DNA of 64,000 nt from the human T2T-CHM13v2.0 reference genome, Homo sapiens: the NCBI RefSeq assembly GCF_009914755.1, contig NC_060925.1. One strand, given 5' to 3'. Below are positions 13,290 through 22,553 of this stretch, one piece after another; within the stretch, counting starts at the first letter, position 1; each line of letters starts with the position of its first letter. Below the pieces are notes generated by a model. It was not told the DNA's origin. It ran no database searches and saw only the letters and a program-made list of their open reading frames with translations. Made by a program: the position numbers and the translations under genes.

Positions 13290-15074
13290 GATCAGAGTTT
13301 AAAAATCTCTAGTTTATTTCTAACAAACACCACTTGATGCTTGACTCACAGGCTTTATTTACATTTGTCTACAGTATCATTTCCTTATGAAATGAACTAG
13401 TACAGCTTAGTTAAACCAAATGAAATCATAATCATCAGAATTGTCTGTAAACTACTATTAGCTAAATTATAACCTTGCATTTGCTTAGTACAGCCAAAGT
13501 TTTAAATACAGAAAGCACAAGAATAAACCAATGGTAACATGTAGAATCTAGATCGTCGGGGCAATTTAGAAGGTAGACTTTCAAAAAGTCTGAGGCACAA
13601 TTACAAGTGAGTAAAAGTTCTTGTGCAACCTACATAAACGCAGCAAAGAAACTTAAGACATAAAAACATGGGAAAGCTCACTGTAAAAATATTATCAAAA
13701 TATTTCTACATAAGATATCTTGCTTTCATTTTTAGATCAGCTGAAGAGAAAAACATTCACTTTAAAGTAAAAACATATATTTTTGTTTGGTTTGTCTATG
13801 AAATATCTTAAAATGTCGTAATTTTTATTTAAATTGCAGCAGACAATGTTACGGAAAAAAAACAAGAAATCAATATCCCATAACAAAAAGCCCCCAAGCA
13901 CAACTGTTGATTTCCTTTGATATACTTACCTTGCATTGTCACTGGAAATACTGTTAAGAGAAACCTTTTTATTTTTTAAACCAGAAAACAAACTAAAGCT
14001 CATGTGACCAGATTTTAATTTTGAGAAATAAACTCCAAAAGCATTTTAAGCCATAACTTATTTCAAATGAATAGGAAAAATAATGACTTTTGCTTACATC
14101 ATGCAGCAATAAGCATTCATTTGTTATTCAGAAGAAAATTGTATGCAGTGTGTTTATAGTTAACATCTTGAGGCAAATGTTCACTTAAATTCACAATGTC
14201 TCCATTGGCCTTTCACCAAAAGAGAAATATACTTTAAAAGCTTACTTCAATTTGCTCATTAAGTATGATTTAGCCTTTTCTACCATATTATATTTGGTAA
14301 CTACATTTGGAAGAATATCACACAAAGCTTCTTAAAACATTGGTAAACATTTTGAGATGTCTTTATCAAGCAACCGTATCAGCAGAGAAAAGATAAACTC
14401 TTAAGACTTTCTTTTTTGCCCCAAATTATGTGTCAGAAAGGAAAATATATCCCACTTCTCTCCTTGTAGACATCACAAGATTCTTTTGCATTAAATGTGG
14501 AGCAAAAAAGTAAAGCTGGATAAAAGAGACACAATGATTCTAAGGCACCCTTAGCATAGGGAATTTCAAAATAGACATTTACAGTTGGCTGCTTACAACA
14601 TAGTTTAACTTTTTTTGGTGAGAATCACTCTGACATCTGTTAACAGCATAAAAAGGCTGACTTTCTTTTCCATAAGTATGTTGTTTCCAACTAGTTTCCA
14701 GTCTTTCTTCCATGCCCAAAGTTCAGGCAAGCCTAGGTAATCCTGTCTTAGCCAATGGACAGGATGTATTTGGAAATGACAAAAATGGGTTTAAATTAGG
14801 AAGCAAAGTACTTTGTTATAGCTGAAATGGTTTTAAATGAAGCAAATGGTTGTAAATAATGAATGACAGAACATCTATTTTGGGACATTATGGCTTAAAA
14901 TGCTATTTACTTTTAACTTCACAAATAAACACAGCTGTATTGTTTTGAAAAGCAATGAAAGGCATGCACCTCTACTAGCAGATTTAGCACTTCTGACCAA
15001 GTAAGACACCAACTTCTTTAAAAATATGCTTCATGCACTGTACTGGATTTTTTTAAGATGTAAATTTTAATACA
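13290..15074 (-). other. ZRANB2: ZRANB2 3'UTR (approximate distal end)
   Basis: Repeat-free AT-rich sequence downstream of the stop codon, running to tandem AATAAA signals. Confidence 0.8.
13313..13359 (-). terminator. ZRANB2 distal poly(A) signals (AATAAA at 13354-13359 and 13313-13318)
   Basis: Two tttatt on + strand, followed on the minus strand by U-rich sequence. Confidence 0.75.
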
Positions 15075-15138
15075 TTATTTCTTTTTTGAACTTGAACGGG
15101 AACCAGAATGGGATGATCCAGATGATGACCTGTGGCGT
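15075..15138 (-). CDS. ZRANB2: ZRANB2 last exon, coding part (RRHRSSSGSSHSGSRSSSKKK*); 330-aa isoform
   Basis: cttacag|ACGCCACAGG...AAGAAATAA; 929+64=993 nt = 330 aa + stop. Confidence 0.96.
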
Positions 15139-15719
15139 CTGTAAGACATAATGGAGAGAGTAGGCATTCTAGTAAGCTAGAGCTAAATCTCAGCATTCAT
15201 TCTTAAGACTGTGAAAGTATACAAAATTCAGTACCATGATGCTAGCAAAAAAATTAAAAATTGAGATAGGAACTTACACACATAAAATTATCTGATGTTT
15301 AGACTTTGGATATGAGCCCAGTTATCATATAAATACAATAAAAAATTCTCTACAATTTCAAAAGAATCTCATTTCAAAATATAGCCACCTCTCAATTATT
15401 TAAGATATCAAAGAAAAGCCTTGCAAAAATGTGTAAAATTACAGAAAATGTACAACAAAAGCATATAAACTTGGTAATGGAAGTGTGACTAAACCAATCC
15501 CTGTGACACGGTGTAGAAAGTGTAAGAAGTCTATTATGTAAAAAAGATACAGCAAGGCTTCTGTGTATGAGAAAATATACTCATAAATAAGTTTTGGAAA
15601 TCTAGGTCACACAAGATGATTGTACAATTTGCTATAGGGTTATATTCATGCAGCTAGTATGAATAAGTCAATATCAACCTGGGTAAAGTAGTGGTGTTCC
15701 GTAGGGGTTGGCCCTGGGC

Positions 15720-15753
15720 TCAGGGTTGTTTAGTGTTTTCACCAATCACCTGG
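15720..15753 (-). CDS. ZRANB2: ZRANB2 alternative 75-nt exon (whole exon 15679-15753), coding part SQVIGENTKQP*; 320-aa isoform
   Basis: ccataag|CCAGGTGATTGGTGAAAACACTAAACAACCCTGA...TACCCAG|gttgat; 929+34=963 nt = 320 aa + stop; matches the known short-isoform C-terminus. Confidence 0.93.
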
Positions 15754-16766
15754 CTTATGGAATAGAGAACATGTTCATTAAGTTTAGATGACAACAAACT
15801 AGGGGGATTATATGTGGCTAAGATAAAAATTTGCAGAAGTGGTAAGAAAGCAACAGAATGAATTCCACTCAAAAACAGAGTAATTTTTTTTACAAAGAAA
15901 CAAATGCAGAGAAACAAGACTGTGTGAAATCTTAACATCTAAACTCCAAAATGTGAAGAAGCAAAACTAATCATTCTGTACAAGTAGGAATCATGAGATA
16001 ATCCTACCACTGAACCCAGCAATTAATAGACTTTACATAATCTTTATTTTCACAAGCTAATAAAATATGAAAAATTTGCAAAGACTACAAATAAAGCCAT
16101 TAAAATGACTATATAATTGGGAACAAAGAGAAAATTAATGAAACTGAGTAATTAGCCTGTTGCAGAAAAGGCTGACAGATGACAGTTGCATTCTTCCAAT
16201 ATTAAAAGTGTCAGTACAGATAAAGTAACCTAATATAGGCCTTTCTCAAAAAAGATTTGGACTGCAAAATGAAAAATGTATTAGCTACAAGGAATAATTT
16301 CCTTATAGACAAAGGGCATGAAGCAATTTGCTGTGGAAATGCATTTACACATATTTAAATGAGGACAGATTCCCAATGATCTGAAAGTTAATTTTTTATT
16401 AGATGCTCTAGAATTCTTGACTATTAGTATTTAAAGAAGCCTAAGTATAAAAGTCAACTCATAAATTACTTCGACATACAGCTTCTGAATTGCAATCTCA
16501 AAAGACAGAAATAACCGAGAGTTGGCTATAAAAATTATAAATGGAACTAAAAATTTAAACAATAAAATGATCAAAGAATGGTTTGATCTACAATTCTAAA
16601 CAACCTGATCAAAGTACAAAGGATAAGCAAAGTAATGTTTTTTTGAAGTTCAAAGTTGAAAAGTAGAAAGTCGGAACACAAGAGATAATAAAAATCTAAC
16701 CCTTGACTAGGAAAGTTTACTTTATCTATTAAACACACTTAAGAACACCCATTCTTATTTCTACAG

Positions 16767-17185
16767 AAACCCAAACCTTTCGGGTGACCGTGATCTTGTT
16801 CGTCTTTTTTTGCGATCACCAGATGAAGAAGATCTAGAACGACTTCTCTTTCTGTTCCTCTCAGGAGAAGATGATGAACTTGAATAAGATCTTTTTCGTG
16901 GGGAAGAAGAGCCCCTGTGGGACCTGGAGCTGGATCTTCATTGATTGAGAAACAAATCAAACATTTCATTAAAAGAAGAAATAAGGAAGATTATTTAGTT
17001 ATCAGATAGCTCCAAAAATAAACAGGATTTATAACAACTATGAAAATTTTATAAGGAAGAATACTTACTGCTTATTCAACAGAAGACTTCTGGATCAACC
17101 ATGAAAACATTCTACTTAAACATTTTAATTTTATCTCTTTAAAATTCTATCATGTGTAATTAAAACCCTGCTTACTATATCAAAA
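16767..17185 (+). ncRNA. ZRANB2-AS1: Probable terminal exon of antisense lncRNA ZRANB2-AS1; end approximate
   Basis: Plus-strand acceptor ttcttatttctacag| at 16766; AATAAA 17017-17022 and ATTAAA 17159-17164; recalled antisense gene overlapping this region. Confidence 0.45.
16777..16935 (-). CDS. ZRANB2: ZRANB2 exon 9 (RS domain)
   Basis: aatgaag|ATCCAGC...CCCGAAAG|gtttgg; RSSSRSHRGSSSPRKRS...RTRSRSPE; 159 nt; cumulative CDS 929 nt (phase 2). Confidence 0.96.
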
Positions 17186-17631
17186 TAGAATTTAAACTTT
17201 TTTTAAGGCTTTTCAAAGTATACACAAATATTATAGTATTATAAAATCAGCAGATAACTGCATTAACAGGACTTTACGTTTAGGAACTACATCCTTCCAT
17301 TTGAGGATTAAAATATGTATCTTATATACCACTTCCTGAGGAAAATAAACATAATTCCATGTGGAATTATTCAACTCATTAAACTGTTATGGAAAAACCA
17401 GGTATATGGCACAGCAACAAAAGACTAGTAACTGTACTTAACTGCTAAATATTCAAGAAGAAATAAAAACTAACTTTAAGATGATTTATATTTACAATAC
17501 TATTTTTATGAAAACCCACTACTTATGAAATATGAAGTGTTGACATTCACATGCTTCAGGTAGAAGTAAATGTGCAAATGTTTAAATACAAATTTTTTTT
17601 CTTCACTTGTATATTTTGGTTGAAGGAATTT

Positions 17632-17717
17632 AGCTCAAACTTCCCAAAAAATTCACCTTTGGGCTTAAAATAAAACCAGAAAGCCCAAAAGGAGAATTCT
17701 TTGGAAAGTTACAAGCA
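17632..17717 (-). ncRNA. MIR186: pre-miR-186 hairpin in ZRANB2 intron 8 (5p 17682-17703; 3p 17643-17664)
   Basis: Reverse complement contains CAAAGAAUUCUCCUUUUGGGCU and GCCCAAAGGUGAAUUUUUUGGG, which form a stem-loop. Confidence 0.97.
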
Positions 17718-17878
17718 ATGAAAAAATGTTTGGGAAGAATATGATGGGTGTTCTGTAAACCTTAATTATAATGGTTCCCAAAGGGAATACCAGAACTTAA
17801 GGATTTTTACCTATAAAGCGCTTAAATATTGTTACTAAATAATGGTAACAATAAAAAATAATTTGCTCTCTACTTCTA

Positions 17879-18165
<287 letters not shown>

Positions 18166-18798
18166 TTGTTATCTATTTCTTATTGGCTTATAATGCAAGT
18201 GTGCACAACATTCTTTTCTCCTTAACATGATTATACTGTGGCAGCCCTTTAATGCTAAATTTGATTCAAAGCAGCAAATACTTTTACCAAAACAGCCACA
18301 GTTAGACTTCAATATGAATTTCCACAAATATGGAATTTCATTTTCTTATTTATTTTTTAGATGCCTTTAGGTCATAATAAATTAACTTAAAAACAAAGAG
18401 AGCATATTTTGACTAAACAAAGAAAAATTTCCTGCAAGAGCATCTTTCAAATTATGTTTCCCTCTACAGATGTGACTACATGCAACCTGAAACTTTAGAA
18501 CACTGTTTACTACTTAAGACCACATCCTATCTCAACTAACCGACTATACTTCCTGATTTAGTTTTGAGTGTTTTGTGCTCTATAAATAATAGCGTGTGTA
18601 AAATTAGAAAGGAAAATGTATATACAGTACTCTAGTAACTTTATCTGATATAAATGGCAAATTTGTTTCTGAAAATATTGAAACAACTGCCGTGCAAAAC
18701 AGGACCTGTTTTGAGGCAGGGTTATTTTTCTTCCTTTTAATAATGAAGAAAATTTTTCTTTTTATTTACATATGTAATTTTATTTGAACTACTATTAA

Positions 18799-18954
18799 TT
18801 TTTTTTTTTTTTGAGACACTCCTCTGTCACCCAGGCTGGATTACAGTGCTGTGATCAAGGTTCACTACAACCTTGAACTCCTGGCCTCAAGTGATCCTCC
18901 CACCTCAGCTTCCCAAAGTGCTGGGATTATAGGCATGAATCACTGTGCCTGGCC
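18799..18954 (-). mobile_element. Alu monomer/deleted AluJ
   Basis: Poly-T, cccaggctgga...aaagtgctgggattataggcatga. Confidence 0.85.
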
Positions 18955-19276
18955 ATATATAATCTTAATATACTAGAGATGTGGCGATAAGACTTGGCTT
19001 CATCTTCCTACTTCATAACATCTTAGTGCCAAAATAATAAACGCTGCATATTGCAAAATAGCCACCTGATTTCAATCATGGGAATGTCTTGGCACACTGC
19101 TGGCAATGGAAACATTTCATGGTGAGAAAATTAAGCTGAGGCAAGTGCATTAGTTTTCTAATGCTAAAATAAAATCGACAAGTAGAAGCAAAATAAGGGG
19201 AAAAAAAGCAGCAACACCTTCTGCAGCCTTTAAATATTTTTCTCTCTGCTTTACAGAGAGATGCTACCTCATTCAC

Positions 19277-19363
19277 CTTGATTTCGACCCACGAGATCTC
19301 GAACGTTCTCTGGAACTGGAACGAGATCTTGACTGCGAACTGGAAGAACTTCTTGAACGGGAC
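19277..19363 (-). CDS. ZRANB2: ZRANB2 exon 8 (RS domain)
   Basis: gttccag|GTCCCGTTCAAG...AAATCAAG|gtgaat; SRSRSSSSSQSRSRSSSRERSRSRGSKS; 87 nt. Confidence 0.96.
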
Positions 19364-20831
19364 CTGGAACAACATGGAACGATTTTTTTTTTCCAGGACC
19401 ATTTAATTGAGCTTTGTGATATGAACACTGAAAGAAAGATATGTATTAGAGTTCATTTTCATATAAAAAGATAACTATACAAGATATATACTTTCAAAAC
19501 ATAGTATTTTAAATTAGATAAGATTTAGTAACAAAAGGTAATTAAAAAAATATCACTTTCCAGGTGATTAAATTACCCTAAAGCCACTCAACTATAAAAC
19601 AAAACATTATCACTTTATTACAAAAACAATGAATACTTTGTTTACAAGTAACTAGAAGCTACCCAGAATACATCCAAGAAAACAGAATGTTGCGATTTAT
19701 ACTTAATTTCTCTAAAATGTCTCCATCATTTTCCTTTATAAATCCCCTTCTATTTTTGTTTCTAGTTAGTACAAAGTTTTGAATGTTGGCATGTGTGTAT
19801 TTCATCCCTATATTTTTCTGTTTACTCAATGCTTAGAGAATTAAAGGGAAAATGTATAATTCTGTCATTGTTAGGTAATTATATTATTGGAAAATATGAC
19901 ACAAGGGAGACATGGTTCGTACAAATTTTAAAACTCACAAAATTCATTAATCTAATTTACAACTATAATTTGTCCCTTATAATAATACCCTGTAGAAAAA
20001 GATCACTATATTTTTACCAAAAAATTACTAGTTATAGCCCCACTTTGTTAAGCTTTCAGGCTTTGTAGTGCTCAATTAACATATATCTAATTGTTATACA
20101 CTAATATCTAGTATTTTATTCCTAAATATGATTAAAATTCATTGCCCATGCCATCACTTAACTGTGATTAAGGTTTTTCAAGAGGACACTGTTAAATTTA
20201 AATCACTGCTTTCACTCACCTAAAATTTTATTTTTATTGTTAACTATAAAATCAGAGATTACATATTTTACATCAACAAACAAAGAATATTCAAGTACAC
20301 CAAAAGAGTTTTAGTTTACGCCTGGACTTCTCAAAATTATGAGCATGAAGTCAACAGAACTAATATGGCTGAATTTGCTCCGTTATTCACAATACTGATA
20401 TCAAAGCAAACTATTAAAAACATTATGTAATAAGCAATGATTTAATGCCTAGAAAATTTCTGTGCTAGCCTTTAACATCTTGAATGAAAATACAGATCTC
20501 CCCTTTACTTAATTTCTATATGTAAGCTATCTCTTTAGATTAATTAAATATAAGTGTATATAAAAATTTAATTCAGTTTTTAAGTCTATTTTAGTCAAAA
20601 GCATGAGGCTAAAATAGGTTAAGGAAGTTTCATGCTAAGACTTTACTTTTCTAAAAATACTGGACAACAACTGTATGGTACTAAGCTGAAAAATTATTTT
20701 AAAAGTTGATTTGAATTAAATTTTTAAAATAAAAAGGAAAGTTTATTTCGTCAAGAAAAACAAAATTTATAAATAAAAAAGTTAGATACTGACATTTTGA
20801 CTGGTGTTACCCTTGACCTGTACCCGTTTAC

Positions 20832-21001
20832 CTGGACCTAGACCTTGAACTTGAGGGGGAGGATGAGCGTGATGAAGATCGTGAATGTGAAGATCGAGAC
20901 TTTGAGCGACTTCGTCTATTAGATTTCTTTTTATTACTATCTTCTTCTTCACTGGCATCAAGATTATATTTTGAGAGATCAGCGTCATCTTCATCCTCAT
21001 C
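20832..21001 (-). CDS. ZRANB2: ZRANB2 exon 7 (acidic region and start of RS domain)
   Basis: ttgttag|GATGAGG...AGGTCCAG|gtaaac; DEDEDDADLSKYNLDASEEEDSNKKKSNRRSRSKSRSS...; 170 nt. Confidence 0.96.
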
Positions 21002-21129
21002 CTAACAAAAATTCAATTATAATTAGACATTTAGATATTAGTGTTACCTACCAGGAAAGATAAAACAGTTAGGTGTACTGAGCACCTCCATATGCATATA
21101 TCACAGGTATCTCAGCAAATTAATTCTGA

Positions 21130-21990
21130 ATTCTAAAATTCACCTACTAAACTCATCTCAAATAGAGACTTGACAACTTTGTCTCAGGTATTGCACAGAC
21201 ATAAACCTGGAGGCCATACACACTTTTTCTGTCACACTTATGCATCACCCAAGAATTTTCAAGTCCACCTCCTTAAAAGTCCTTGAAATCACCATTTTTA
21301 GTCTTAGACACTCTGTTCCTTATTCTCTAGCATATTATAGTAACCTCTTAGCTGGTCTCCTCAAATCTGAAGATCCATTCTGCCTCTCTAGTATCTCAAT
21401 ATACTGACAGTCATCACTCTGAAACACAGGACAGATAAACACATCTCACTTTTTTCTTAAAAACTTCAAAACTGGCTTATTATTTCTTTAGTTGCATTCC
21501 AAGACCTCTTATGATCAGGCTCTAAGGTACCCTTAACATGGCATAAAACTTACACTCTGGCCTGACAGAACAAGTATCACCAGACCTGAAATGTGTGCTG
21601 TCCCCCTCATCTCATTCTCCCCTCTGCTCTAACTATACTGGCCTATGTATGGTATTTTTGAAGGCTGCTGGCTTATCTCCTATTTAGGGAACCCGTATTT
21701 GCTGTTCTCTGCCTAAATGTGCTCTCACCTCGGCTCTTATTGCTGGCTCCTTCCTATCATTCAAGTTTCAGCTCAAACTTCACCTCCTTAGACATTATCC
21801 ATCGGCAAAACCAAAGTTGCTTTTAAACTGTTATCACATCATGTGTCTTCATAACGTTACTGCTATCAAAATTACCTATTTATATATTTCCTCCTCTAGA
21901 ACTGTGTAAGAGAAAACTGGTTCTGTTTCGGTCACCACTGTATCTCCAGAACAGTAGTGTTCCAAGTACAAATAGTACTTGGCAGAGTGG
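21130..21990 (-). mobile_element. L2 fragments
   Basis: Pyrimidine-rich L2-type motifs (tgctgttctctgcctaaatgtgctc, tcattcaagtttcagctcaaa). Confidence 0.55.
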
Positions 21991-22125
21991 AAATCCAAAA
22001 CCTTTGTGAGAACAAATGAAAACACAGAATATATTTTCACCAAGTGTCTGAGGCTGTCAAAAGCATTCATGTTATGGTATAACTCCAATAAGACAAAAGG
22101 GAAATAGGACAAGAAAATTGTTCAC

Positions 22126-22260
22126 CTCATCTAACTTATATTTAGAAAGATCTTCATCCTCATCCTCTTCTTCTCCCTCTGATTCTTTATCTTCAACTTC
22201 CTTTAATATAGATGCAGGACCAACTGCTTTCCCTCTGTATTTTTTCTTTTTACGTCCAAA
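22126..22260 (-). CDS. ZRANB2: ZRANB2 exon 6 (FGRKKKKYRGKAVGPASILKEVEDKESEGEEEDEDEDLSKYKLDE)
   Basis: ttctctag|TTTGGACG...GATGAG|gtgaac; basic NLS-like stretch plus acidic region; 135 nt. Confidence 0.97.
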
Positions 22261-22476
22261 CTAGAGAAAAACAATTTCAAAATGCTTGTCAGCTGATAAT
22301 GCATTAAACTTAATACATTTTCTAAAAAATTATTTTAGATATTTATGATTTCCTGAAAATGATCAGTTGCTGAAGACTCAAATTGCACTTAAAAAAAAGT
22401 TTGTTTTCCTTTGCATTTAAGAATTTTTTCTGTTTTTCTAATTTATATTCAACCTGAACACCAAAATATAGCTTAC

Positions 22477-22553
22477 CTCATCATATTCACCATCAGATTC
22501 TTCTCTTTCTATATATTCAACATTTTCTCTTTCATTAAAACCACCACCATATC
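22477..22553 (-). CDS. ZRANB2: ZRANB2 exon 5 (GYGGGFNERENVEYIEREESDGEYDE)
   Basis: ttttaag|GATATGG...GATGAG|gtaagc; 77 nt. Confidence 0.97.

Noticed and set aside
13951-14000. SRRM4-type neural micro-exon signature for the 21-nt exon
   Set aside because: No UGC motif in the pyrimidine tract upstream of the acceptor, so SRRM4 dependence is not supported
13290-15074. miR-186-5p self-targeting of the host 3'UTR
   Set aside because: By eye I found only a 6-mer seed match (13645-13650) and no 7/8-mer AUUCUUU site; weak support
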